Positions 51,117-64,000 of a stretch of DNA of 64,000 bases are shown in pieces (the first letter of the stretch is position 1; each line of letters starts with the position of its first letter). Below the pieces are notes generated by a model that was not told where the DNA came from, did not search any database, and saw only the letters and a program-made list of their open reading frames with translations. The DNA is from Octopus sinensis. Lineage: Eukaryota. A program made the position numbers and the translations under genes. The stretch spans positions 68,262,001-68,326,000 of the forward strand of contig NC_043005.1 in NCBI RefSeq assembly GCF_006345805.1, written 5' to 3'.

Positions 51117-51732
51117 GTGCACTGATGGCAATAATGACGATGATTATGGAAATGATGATAGAGAAGTAGTCGTAGCTTCTTGCTCCCCCGTTCTTAGCCA
51201 AACGGAAATATATAAACATACACAGCAGAATTAGAAAATAATATACACAGGAAACTAATCCAAGATTATGGAATGTGCATAAGAAAAAAAAACAAAACAA
51301 AACATTACGCAAATACAGAGCACAATATGTTTGTGGTGTGTATTTGTGTAGTGGAATGACAAAGCATCATAGTACGAGATTTTCACTGAGAAGTAGATTA
51401 AAATAAATCGTCCACTCATTATTGTTAAGCTGTTCGAGCTAAAAACAATAATACTGTTGATTAATCTATGTTGTACAATGAACGGCGATATCTTGTCGCT
51501 GTGTGGTTAACAAGTTTGTCTCGGAAATGTGTAGCTTCATGTACGATAACACAGCAAAGCGTCACCCAGCTTAACACCGCCGAGTAGTCACTGTGATTCG
51601 TTAGCAGAGTCCACCCTACTGAATGCATTTAAGTGAAGTTGCAAATCTAGGAGTAACTAGTTCTCTTCTCACCAATCTCGATCACGGTTACTGTTCATCT
51701 TCTTCTCTAGGTACACACACAAACACATACAC

Positions 51733-51805
<73 letters not shown>

Positions 51806-51806
<1 letters not shown>

Positions 51807-51960
51807 CTATCCCTCCTCGTCTGTCTCGCCTCATTATTCATTTCTGAAGAAGAGAGTAGGCGCGAAATATGAAAGACTTATATTTTTCCTGAGTGTCAAG
51901 CCAATACACCTTATTTGCTGTTCGTCCACCTCGCCTTTGCATTTTTATATTTTTATACCA
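51806..51960 (+). mobile_element. Decayed copy of the 4250/55337 hammerhead element family
   Basis: tttCTGAAGAagagagtaggcgcGAAAtatgaaagact (51841-51877), then ttcctgag.gtc..gccaataca. Located between (CA)n and (TA)/(TATG)n. Confidence 0.65.
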
Positions 51961-53139
51961 CGCACACAGACACAATATATATGTGTATGTATGTATATAT
52001 GTATGTATATATGTATGTATGTAAGTATGTATGTTTGCATGTATGCATGCATGTATGTATGCATGCATGCATGCATGCATGCATGTATGTATGTATGTAT
52101 GTATGTATGTATGTATGTATGTATGTATGTATGTATGTATGCATGCATGTATATATGTATGTATGTGTGTATGTTTGTATGCATGTATGTATGTATATGT
52201 GTATATGAATCGTTTTAAACAGTGAAATTCGATGTAGGCAAAGCTATAAATAACAGCGTGTAAATATAAGGTTAAAGAAACTCCTGAACAGAATATTTTT
52301 GAATTTAGAAACTTTTTTAGGAGTGAAAGGAATCGTCTGTAACGATGGAAAACGGAACAGACAAAACTATTAGTAATAGCGTATAAATATCAGTTAAAAA
52401 TCCCTTGGATGAAAAAGCCGAAGTCTGCTCGACGGACTCGAACCCACATTTTCTGAAAACATGACAGATGTTATACCATTGTGTTAAAGCAATCCCTCGA
52501 ATTTCTTCATCTATTTTAGAGGGTTTGAACTAATCATAAAACAATTTTATGCCATATAATTTTGATAATTCAAGAGAGATGAAATATAACTCAACGAATG
52601 CTAAGAACATCTGTTCTAGTGACTCATGAAATGGACGCGTTCTACGCACCCACGAAACATCAAGTAATGCGGAAGTCAGTCAGAATATTATAAAAATATA
52701 TATGTAGCTTCTAACAGATGTTCTGAGTACTACCTTCTTTCGTTTGTTCACTCCCTTATATATATATATCCATACATACATGTGTGTGTGTGCGTGTATG
52801 AAACAAATTTAGAAAGTATAAACACGTAAGCAGAAATCCGAAAAGATACCGTCGGAATGATAATAAAAGTGATGCTAGCAAAAATATATTCAAAACCCAA
52901 AGAGTTGCACAAACATACACAATTTCTTTCTCTGCCATTTGCACACTAGCCAGAAAAAAAAAAACAAACAAACATTACTCGGCACTGCACATATATCACA
53001 TGGTGGGCTTTCTATAGAACTGTGAAATACAAAAGCAAAACAGTGCAAGTACCAAGGCGCTCAGAATTGTGCTCAGTTGTGAAATATGCAACCCGCAAAA
53101 TAAGGCTAGTGAAATAAATGTAATGAGAACGAGGATTAC

Positions 53140-53423
53140 CATCATTATTATTATTATATTATTATTATTATTATATTATTATTATTATTATTATTATTAT
53201 CATTACTATTACTATATTATTATTATTATTATTATTATTATTATCATTACTATTACTATTATTATTATTATTATTATTATTATCATTATTATTACTATTA
53301 TTATTATTATTATTATTATTACTATTACTATTATTATTATCATTATTATTATCATTATTATTATTATTACTATTACTATTATAATTATCATTATTATTAT
53401 TATTATTATTATCACTATCGTTA

Positions 53424-53454
<31 letters not shown>

Positions 53455-53455
53455 A
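53140..53455. repeat. (ATT)n microsatellite
   Basis: Direct inspection. Confidence 0.95.
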
Positions 53456-54608
53456 GTTGTGTATATCTATGAATTTGAAAAGAAAAGCATTACTCAAATG
53501 TATCGGCTCATGTGCATGCATATCCACTGTATAATGAGCCATTGCACCACCGCTTATTCGTGACTATAAAAAAATTGAAGACAGATGTATCAGTCAAACG
53601 AGAATCGCACACATGGCAGCTCACTGGGAGAATACTTCCACTCTATGGTGATTGCACTTAAATTTATACTTGACGATATCATTTCCTTATTATTTATATA
53701 TTTGTCTGGTATATTTATGTGCCAAGCACATTTCACTGTAATTGTTCTTCAAATAATAAGACATTAGCACCTTTCTGTGATCTTCCATATTATCCTGATT
53801 GATGATGATCTGTCCAGTGTAGTTTCTATTCTAAATAATAAAACCTACTCCGACACCATCTCCTCCTTCATTTTTCTCTAACTTATTCGCCTCTACATTT
53901 CCCCCACTTTACGAAGCAGATCGAGATATGTCCAATAATATGTTATTTCTACGGAAAGAACACCGTATTTCATCTTATGATTTGATTCTCCGCTACGGCA
54001 CAAGACCTGAAGTGTGGGCCTTTTAGCTAAAATGAAAGTGTATTACTAAATCCATGAATATTGAAGCATTCATACATTTCTACGAGATATGCGACATAAA
54101 AGTACTTTTTACAAATGACAAGCATGTTATCTGAAGTGGACTCCGTAATATTTTATCTGCCATGACACACCATAACGTGATAAGTATGTTGCTTTCAACC
54201 AAAGATTCAATGGAGAAAGCTGCTATTTTTCAAACACATTTATTTGCTTTCGGGTACGAAATTTGTGCAGGGGTAGGAATGAATAGATAGTAAGTGAAGT
54301 GATATGTAGATTACCATTTGATTTATTCTAAAGACGAGAAATAATTATTCTCTCTATAGGTGATAGCAAAAAATAAGTCGACATCAAACTTAATGCACAT
54401 TTTCTCTACATATGAAATACAGAAATCTGATTTTTTTTGGTAGTGGAGGGGAATTATTTGTCGTAATTGAAAGCTGATGGAAGGCAATGTGAAAGCTGAT
54501 AGAAAGAAGCACAAATATGTTGTAGATTTTTTTGAGGTTATATGAAAAACTAAAAGCTTTGGCTTATTGCATAAGGAATAGCTAACTGCATTTACACACA
54601 TACTATTG

Positions 54609-54639
<31 letters not shown>

Positions 54640-54810
54640 TGCACATATACATACGCACACTCATCCACACATAGATATAGATGCAAATCCAGGTACACTC
54701 ATGTATTCACAGCAAATAATGCTAAAAATAATAAACGTGGGTTTATTCCACGCAGTCGTGCGATAAATAGAGTCAATTGCCTGATATAAGGTAGTCAGAA
54801 GTGTGTATGA

Positions 54811-54854
<44 letters not shown>

Positions 54855-54876
54855 CATATATATATTATATATACAC

Positions 54877-54924
<48 letters not shown>

Positions 54925-55336
54925 CACATATATATGTATGCATGTATGTCAGTGTTCAGTCTCAAAATATTTTTCCAGACAGGAAAAAAGGAATTAAAGT
55001 TATATGGAATAAAGTGCCTGAGAAAAAAAAAAGCAACAAAACATGCGCAGGAGAATTGAACTCGTGTTGAATCAATGGCGAAGCTGGTTTAAATATTCTA
55101 TTCACTCTTCCATTTAGCTTCTGTCTAGTCATGGGGGGCAATTATTAAGCATCAAGTCATTTCTAAACGTTATACTGGTAGGAGGAGTTTAAAGACACTC
55201 AATCAATTAATTCAAACAGCCACAGAAAATTGAGTTCCATGACCTGACTGTGGTGATGATATATATGATTCGTTCATTTTTGTGTGTACATGTACATAAA
55301 TATATATGGAATTACATACATACAGACGTGTGTGTA

Positions 55337-55540
55337 AAAAAATATATATATATATCGACCGGTAGCCACTAAAAATTTTTGTATTCTCTCCCTGTTTATT
55401 TTATCGTGTTCCTTTCTGTTGAAGAGCGTAGGCTCGAAACGTAAAAGACTTTCAAACCTTCCGGAGCGTTAAACTAATACACCTGTTTATTGTTTACACA
55501 CCCGACATCGTCTTTTGTTTTTTTGTAAATTCCAACTATA
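55337..55540 (+). mobile_element. ~200-bp hammerhead-bearing element between (TA)n and (CA)n
   Basis: Hammerhead at 55412-55448: CUUU-CUGUUGA-A-GAGC-guag-GCUC-GAA-ACGU-A-AAAG. Colinear with the reverse complement of 4250-4455. Confidence 0.8.
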
Positions 55541-55740
55541 CACACACACACACATATAAATTTGCATTAAAATAAATAGAAGTGTACAAAAAAACTTAAA
55601 ATAGTTAGAACAAGATATTGAATTAGGACACTCTACGACCTTGTCTAGATTGTGTTGTAAGTGCAATTCATTGCACCTCTGAGCATTTTTGAAATATTTG
55701 GTATTGTTTACGTGCTTTATTATTTTTTGTCATTGCTATT

Positions 55741-56144
55741 CTTTTATTCTTTTATTTGTTTCAGCCATTTGACTGTGGCCGTACTGGAGCACCGCCTTTA
55801 GACGAGCAAATCCACCCCAGGAATTATTCTTTGTAATCCTAGTACTTACTCTATCGGTCTGTTTTGCCGAACCGCTAAGTTACGGGGACGTAAACACAGT
55901 AGCATCGGTTGTCAAGCAATGTTGGGGGACAAGCACAGACACACAAACACACACACACACACGCACACACACACACCACATATATATATATATATATATA
56001 TATACCTAGGCTTTCAGTTTCTGTCTGCGAAATCCACTCACAAGGCTTTGGTCGACCTGAGGCTATAGTAGAAGAAACTTGCCCAAGATGCCAGGCAGTG
56101 GGACTGAACCCGGAACCATGTGGTTGGTAAGCAAGCTACTTACC
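55741..56144 (-). mobile_element. SINE family A
   Basis: Reverse complement match. Confidence 0.88.
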
Positions 56145-57343
56145 TGCATATAATTTTAAAAGTTTATAACTAAAACTTCTGTTTCTTTTTTTTTCTTGAT
56201 TTGTACTTTATTTTAATCGATTCCGGAATAAGAAAATGCAAAGCAGGCATCGGCAGAATTTGAAATCAGAATGTATAGCATTTCAGGTATGTACCCCAAA
56301 GTATTTCTATCCGATACTCTAGGGGGTCTGCCACTCTTCATCCTTTGACGACATTGATGGTAAATCAGAACATAACGGAACGAAATGAGAACCACACAAT
56401 CTAATTATTCAACCATTCCAGCTTGTCTTCAACAGGCCAAACGAAAGCCATAACAAAAGAGGAAAAAAGAACTACTACTATACTACTACTACTACTACTA
56501 CTACTCTACTACTACTACTACTACTACAATACAAAGCAGTAATAGCAATAAAATTACTTTTAATTCAATTCCATATTGGCAAGTTTAAAGAATTAATAAA
56601 AATTTGCATGAAACGTTTATTTTCCTTTAAAACAACTAAAATTAAACCAAAACTAAAATATAATTGTCAGGACAAGAGAAATTGGAAGAAACGAAATGGA
56701 GAAATATTCTTGAAAAGTTAGATGTTTTTGGTTAGGAATTCTAATTTCTTCAATAAATAAGTACACTATTTTAATAACAAACATTTTCACTTATTCTTAG
56801 TTATTAAATTAATTTTTCCGCATAATTTCTTACCGATAATTCAATATATTGCGCTTGAATAAAAATTCGCCTGTTTGAAATGCATATCTTTTTCTATTTT
56901 CTTTTCAAGAATTTTAAATTCATTGGAGTTTATATTCTACACAGATGTAAGCTTGCTCAATACTTCTACTAGCTTTTTGAATTCCATCTATTGTCTATAG
57001 CATTCAGTCGCTTCCTCAACCTTTTTCAGCTTTTGTTTCTAGTATTCCTTCTGATTTAACATTTATTTCTCTCTCTTTACCTCCACGCTCTTCTAACTTC
57101 TGTCTCTCTCTCTCTCTCCACCTCCCCCTTTCTCCCTTTCTGTGTTTCCGTTCAGTTTTATAATACACTGTGTATTCTAAATTAAGCAGACAACAGAAAA
57201 TATGTCTGTGTATGTATTTATGAACGTTTATGTAAATGCATGGATGCATGTATGTGTGTGTATATCTATCTATCCAGCTATATATGATTGATATATATAT
57301 ATATATATATATATATCTCAATCATATAATCATATATATATAT

Positions 57344-57537
57344 ATTCTTGTACTTGTTTCAGTAATTTGACTGCAGCCATGCTGGAGCACCGCCTTTAGT
57401 CGAGCAACTCGACCCCAGAACTTATTCTTTGTAAGCGTAGGGCTTATTCTATCAGGCAATTTTTGCCGAACTGTTACGTTATGGAGAAGTAAACATACCC
57501 TCACCGGTTGTCAAGCGATGGTAGGGTACAGGCACAG

Positions 57538-57579
<42 letters not shown>

Positions 57580-57714
57580 GACGGGCTTTTCAGTTTTTGT
57601 CTAACAAATCCACTCACAGGGCTTCGGTCGGTCCGAGGTTCTAGTTGAAGACAATTGCCCAAGATGCCACGCAGTGGGACTGAACCCGAAACCATGTGGT
57701 TGGGAAGCAAACTT
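57344..57714 (-). mobile_element. SINE family A, diverged
   Basis: Reverse complement match. Confidence 0.82.
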
Positions 57715-58459
57715 CATATCACATACCCATGGCATGTTCATATCTGTTATATGCATAGGCATATATATGTGGATATATATGTATGTGAGTGTACATGACT
57801 ATATAATTTTACACTTTTATTGTTCCACCCTATGAGCTGCGGCCATACTGTGGTACTGCTGTTGTAGCTGTTTCTACAGCCATTCCACAGCAATTGATTC
57901 CGTCTTCATATTTGCTTCTTGCTATAACGTTCGTTTATCAGAGATCTCAGACTGCGGATTACAGGAATTTTGTTATAGCACATTTACATCTAATTCACGT
58001 AAATCTATCAGACTTTTCAGCGCAACAGACGTGCACACACACATACATGTATATATTCTTCATTTGGGGATTAACAAAGCTAGCAATAGTTTCATGTAAA
58101 AAAAAAAAAAAAAACGCAATGTTTAAGTCTTCCACTTAAGAATACCAGTTATGAATCTCCATATTTGAAGAAACTACATGAGATTACTCGAACATTTGCA
58201 GGACATCAAAAGGTTGCTTTGGTTATTACATTCACAGACTAGAGGAGGTGACTCATTTGCGTATTCAATACATTATCTCGGTGTCTAATAACCAGAAAAA
58301 AGGCTTGGAGTCCCGTAAAGGAATATTTCAAAATATCGGAAACTATTTGCATGTAATCATTGGTAGCATCGTTAATTCACAAATAAAAGAGTATATTTAT
58401 CCAACAAAATGCAGTATTGAGTACTAATTCTCACTGTCCGCCACTATCGGACATACATG

Positions 58460-58501
<42 letters not shown>

Positions 58502-58527
58502 GCACTCATTCATCCATGATGCATACA

Positions 58528-58562
<35 letters not shown>

Positions 58563-58609
58563 ATATATATATAGAGAGAGAGGAGAGCAGTTGTATACTG
58601 TCAACGTAA

Positions 58610-58790
58610 CGTGACAGTCCCATAAGGGAATCACACCACCGCTATTTATCCCCAGGAAGCATCAACGCTTCCTGTCGGCCTTGACACATTTCCTGTGTCC
58701 TTATGTTTACACAGGGGAGACAAGCACCCCCGTCCAGCTAAGCCCGCATCAAGAGACATGTTTCAGTCTGGAGTAGCATGGCCTGCTGGT
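58610..58790 (-). mobile_element. Second copy of the 43070 element, with hammerhead stem II deleted
   Basis: Minus strand ccagaCTGA^AACATGTCtcttg at 58752-58771. The body (ccttgacacatttcctgtgtccttatgtttac) matches 43150-43200. Confidence 0.8.
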
Positions 58791-59098
58791 AAAAAAGAAA
58801 ATACAAGGAAACTTACTAACATGATTATAAAAGGGCAGTACCTATGCTAACGAAGTAAACTCAAGTTAAACTGTATCCATAAACATCTTGACTCCCACTA
58901 TAAATTGAAAGTACCCGTAAAGAAATTTTAGTACTTCTTAGACCGTTACTAGTTCACTCTTTTACCTACGGACTTCGTGACCCCAAGATGGTAGATTATA
59001 TGCTTTTAATATATTGGGCTTCTAGGCTTGTTTTCTAGGCCATGTTTTCTTTCATATTCCTTCTTCTCTTTGTTTATATTGGATGCTCTTGTTTTTTG

Positions 59099-59208
59099 CT
59101 CTGATGAAGCTCCGTGCCTTAATTCGTATCTCCTATGAAAATGAAGAATTTTATTTTTGCCATTATTTATAGACAGCGTTTGGAAACGGATGCGGAAACG
59201 GCCGTAAG
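59099..59208 (+). ncRNA. Type-I hammerhead motif with long stem II and weak stem I
   Basis: CU-CUGAUGA-A-GCUCCGU...ACGGAUGC-G-GAA-ACGGCCGU-A-AG. Same stem III palindrome as 3327-3414. Confidence 0.6.
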
Positions 59209-59509
59209 ATTTGCTACGTCATCTATTTGCTATATCATGCTTTGTATTAAAAAATAAGCTATAAATGTGGTTCAATCGATGTGTTTTTTAATCTGAAGTT
59301 TTCTCCATTTTCAGATTATTTGTATCCTGATAAACCCTTGTTTATCCTCTTGTTACTTGCACCCTACGTGCATAGTGTGACCACACCAATACCCAGTGAT
59401 TATACGGGTAATGGATACTGATAGTACATACGGATACATTATCCCTTAGTCGGTTATTATAACCGCTAACTCTGTTTACACTACATATATATATATATAT
59501 AGATAATAT

Positions 59510-59545
<36 letters not shown>

Positions 59546-60924
59546 TCATATATATATATATATATAAACAAAGTCAAATGCGATACAATAAAATTAATTA
59601 TTATCGCTGGATCACCTCGCCTGGATCAAATCAAGGCTGAACACAGATTCTTAGAAAGTGAAAGTAGCTCCATAATTCGTACGCTACAGATGATCGCCAT
59701 ATCAAGAAAAAGAACGTATGTAAAAAACTTGTTCAAATTAAACTATGATTGCTTGCGCAACGAATGACAAAAATAATTTTTTAAATACCTTTTTAAACTT
59801 CTTTCTTACCGAGCAGGTGGCCGGTCATAATGAACCTACAATTTTCGCTAGGGAGAGAATCTCCCCTACCACACACAAGTTAAACACAAACACATACGTA
59901 ATATAATATATTCTTTTCTCAGCTTCTCTTTAAAAAAAGAAAGGTGGACTTTCATAAGCAGGATAGAAAAAAACGGAGAGAGGGAAAGTGAGAAAGAAAG
60001 AAAGAGAGAGCGAGTGAGAGAGTGAGAATAAGTGAGAGAGAAAGAGAGGGAGTGGGAGAGAAAGAGAGGGAGTGGGAGAGAAAGAGAGAGAGTGTAAGAG
60101 AGCAGAAGAGGTCTAGAGAATCAACTGGAAAGGAAGTGACATGAAGAAAAGATGAGAGATGAAAAAAAAAATGATATATAGAATAAATGAAAAGGTTGGT
60201 GGGGAGTTAGATTGAAGGATATACAGATAAATAAAGTAGAATAACATACTCAGAGAGATAGCATTAAGAAGAAAAACAGAGAGCGAAAGAAGGATGAATA
60301 AAACGAAATACATAAAAATTTATTTAGAAAATATATGAGAAAATAATATTTGTTTAGAAGGCAGAACCATATTTAATAATTTTAGAAAACAAGAACTAGG
60401 CGGGTAGTTGAAGTCAGAATGACCTTGAAGAAGATTATAACAAGCTACAGAGGCCATAAAACTTGATAAATATGAAATATGCTGAATATTATCAGTTGTG
60501 ACTGTTAGATCTAAAAATTTTTTTGTTGTTGATGGTGTTTAGCCCCGGGTAGATCTAAAATGAATGGCGTTCCTCTCATTGTAATTCCATTTTATGTTCA
60601 ACAATAATATATCTCGGATTAGATTATCCTATGTATGTTTTCCTCTTGAGATTAAATGAAATTGGATTGATATTTCAAGAAACTTATATCAGAACTTCAG
60701 GATTGTAAAACAATTGTAAGTCATTTAGTGCTTGTGTTGTTACCATCGAACTAGGTACCCCCATCTAAACGTATGGTGACGTGTATTCACATAAGCAATA
60801 GAATAATCTTTAATCCATCCTCGTGGTTATATATATTTTTGAGCTAGCATATCATCCATCTATCCATCTAACGTTCACACCCTCCTTCCATTGATCCATT
60901 TATCCGTTCACCCGGCTACCCATT

Positions 60925-61172
<248 letters not shown>

Positions 61173-61212
61173 ACTTTAATAGAGAAAATACAAAAGTGAG
61201 TATACATGCACA

Positions 61213-61282
<70 letters not shown>

Positions 61283-62510
61283 TTACACTGTCAATATCAT
61301 ACGTTCGCAAAGAGCAAGTAGTACGTTCCTACGTAATAGAAACTCGTATATCTAAATCATGCTGAATTGATGCAAAATCGTAATGTTATGGTTAAGAATG
61401 GTCTCGGACATATAGGAAAGAAGCCATATATAAAATTGAAAATCAATACAGGCATATATCAAATTGCAGGCTCATTTCTATGACAACAGCAATTGTTGTT
61501 AGAGACAACGCATTACTGCAAAGACACCCTGAGATGTCACCTTAGTCGTCTATGTTCAGTTATTCACGTTTTTCTCTCTCTCTCTTTCTCTTTTTTTCTT
61601 TACCTACATCTTCCCTATATCAAAAACAAATACACGAAACAAGCTTATGTATGCGTATCTTTGTGCTTACGACGGTTCGTCGTTAGTTAAACAATATATA
61701 TGTTATACAACATGCGGTGAGAGTCAGAAAGGACTGAAATAAATCTAAATACAAAAAGCAATTGTGAGTGGTAATTATAATAATGCATAAGTTTCTCACA
61801 TTTAAACTCTGTGCGTTTGTGTTTATAAAGCTTTAAGTCACATTACTTCTTTCCTACAAAACTGGCGCAATGAGGGTAATAAGCTGAAATACTATAGCAT
61901 TTGTTCAGAACTTCACACGTATCTTAACATATTTCAAATTGAAATTGTCTTAATCTGTGTGAAACTAGACTGTATTTAATTCAGATTCAGATTCCATCAA
62001 CACTATACTTAACAAAAGGCCAAATGTATTACATACAAACAGAGAATAATAACGTAATTTAGCGATTAAGATGTGTGATAATTTGTGAGAAGTTTGTTGT
62101 GCTGAGTACAGCAGTAAATGAGTATAAGGAAATGATTTGTTGCAGGAGTCGAACAGAGATACAGTTTAGGAGGGTGTCAACGATTATTTTTCGATCCAAG
62201 CTGTAGATAAACTCGATACGGATTCTCTACTTTTTAAATAATAGAAATTGTGAGCTTCATGCTTTTCCCTAAAAGTATTGACAGTATGTATAAATAAATT
62301 GCCTTCCATCATGAATTAAAACTGTTCTTCTAGTCTGTGTTGGATAAAGATTCACTGTTTATTTAAAGGAAGCAGTACAAAGCCTGTAATAAAAAGAAAT
62401 AATGATTGCAATTTGGAAGCCCTTAATGATATTGATTGGAAGTGTGAAGCATTTAATACTACTCCATCAACGTAGAGGGAAGCATCTGGTAAGGCAAGAC
62501 CACAATGTAG

Positions 62511-62817
62511 TTGTTGTTTGTTCCTTCTCGAGTCATGCCTGGCTCATAAGGGCCGGTTTCTCGGTTTCCTTGGCGTATAGGTTCCCCACCTAGACGGCAC
62601 GCCGGTCCGTCGCAGGTGAGCTGCAAGATGCAGGAGGAAAGAGTGAGAGAAAGTTGTGGCGAAAGAGTCAGCAGAAGTTCGCCATTACCTTCTGCCGGAG
62701 TCGCGTGGAGCTTAGGTGTTTCGCTCATAAACACATACATCGCCCGGTCTGAGATTCGAACCCGCGATTCCTCGACCGCGAGTCCGCTGCTCTAACCACT
62801 TGGCCATGTGCCTTTAC
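62511..62817 (-). mobile_element. SINE family D, full length, 12-bp TSD
   Basis: TSD accacaatgtag at 62499-62510 and 62818-62829; (AAC)-type tail. Confidence 0.92.
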
Positions 62818-63717
62818 ACCACAATGTAGCTGGCACCATTGGTTTGAACCTTTCATTGAACAAATCTCCTTTAAGGCCGTTTGATATATGCATAGCTATG
62901 ACTTTTCCCATTTGCCGTTCTATTAACACAGCTCAGTGATGTCAAGTAAAAAAAGCAAAAGCAAAAACAAAAACAAAAAAAGACAAAGACAAAAATGTTT
63001 ATGCTTACTGGATTCTTTTAGATTAGAGACTGGTTTCTGCTTTGTTAAGGACAGTTAACTTAATCGTCTGAAGCGACCCGTTATATTGTTAGTAATTGCT
63101 ATAATGCCAGAAGAGAGATGGAAGGTAAGGCCAAACTTAGTACAATATGATGTCAGAATGTAATCAAGGGACGGTAGAGACGGTTAACAAGCTGCTATTT
63201 TTGACTGAGTGTAAATGATGAATATTTTAGTGGTAAAGGTGAAAAGAAATTTGGGTGATACGAGCCGAAACAAATACCACAATGCATATAGTCCGACGCT
63301 CTGAGGATTAATCTATCTAATCCACTGCATTTAATTGGTTCTATTTTCGGCACAAGGCTAATACTTTTGAGGGAATATTAATTAGAAAAAATTGAAATTA
63401 TTAATGATAATTATATTTGCAACCATTCAAACTACGATCGTCAAGGAGATGGTTCTAACCAGAAATATGCTGTGAGGATGGATAACCCTGAATATTTGTG
63501 TTGTGTTTTACTTCGAATTCAAATAATATCCTGTTTTAATTATTGCGCGATTTTTACATTGTTTCATGTAAATTTTATAAAATTTTAATCAGACAATTCT
63601 AGAAACGTCTTCACCTTTCTACTCGGTTTCTCCAGCTCCAATCTTACGGTAGCCTCCAATGTTTCGAACGTCCATTGTTTTATGCATGTCGCGCTTTCTA
63701 CTTAATAGAGAATCATT

Positions 63718-63790
<73 letters not shown>

Positions 63791-64000
63791 ATTGTTGTTG
63801 TTGCTGTTGTTCTTGTTGGTAATGTTATTTTTCTTGTTAAATCCTAATAGTAATAACAGCTATAAAATATAGAATATTTAATATTCTTTATTCCTTTTCA
63901 GTAATTTGAAATTGAATTTTTAATCAAACACATTGTTATTCGTCAACAATTGTCTCCTTCTTCCACTTATTCATATACGTGTGTGTATGTGTGTGTGTAT

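Noticed and set aside
52620-52670. Hammerhead-like CTCATGA...GCGT/ACGC...GAAAC inside a 12-bp inverted repeat
   Set aside because: G5 is changed and no stem I pairing can be drawn.

Overview
This is AT-rich, microsatellite-dense metazoan DNA with no confidently identifiable host gene. The SINE families and microsatellite style look like an Octopus (coleoid cephalopod) genome; that assignment is from recognition, not a search. Almost every ORF in the track is a microsatellite artefact. The window holds at least four tRNA-derived SINE families (called A-D here), a full-length but disrupted mariner, a decayed hAT-like (hATm-like) transposase, a 501-bp Tc2-like MITE, and fragments of Penelope-like (PLE), R4/Dong-like, CR1-like and RTE LINEs. 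The most notable unexplained signal is a set of ten minimal type-I hammerhead ribozyme motifs, from complete to decayed, found by eye on both strands. Most have a short palindromic stem III (ACGU, ACUAGU, ACAUGU, ACCGGU, ACGGCCGU). Most sit in ~200-bp non-coding units embedded in (TA)n/(CA)n tracts or at the 3' end of a PLE GIY-YIG fragment, which suggests a family of microsatellite-targeted, PLE-mobilised retrozyme-like elements. They include non-canonical cores (a U3-A8 covariant and a recurrent A6U) and one tandem dimer. Other points of interest are a SINE that multimerises (a TSD-flanked dimer and a 574-bp higher-order array) and several inverted-repeat SINE arrangements that could form dsRNA.
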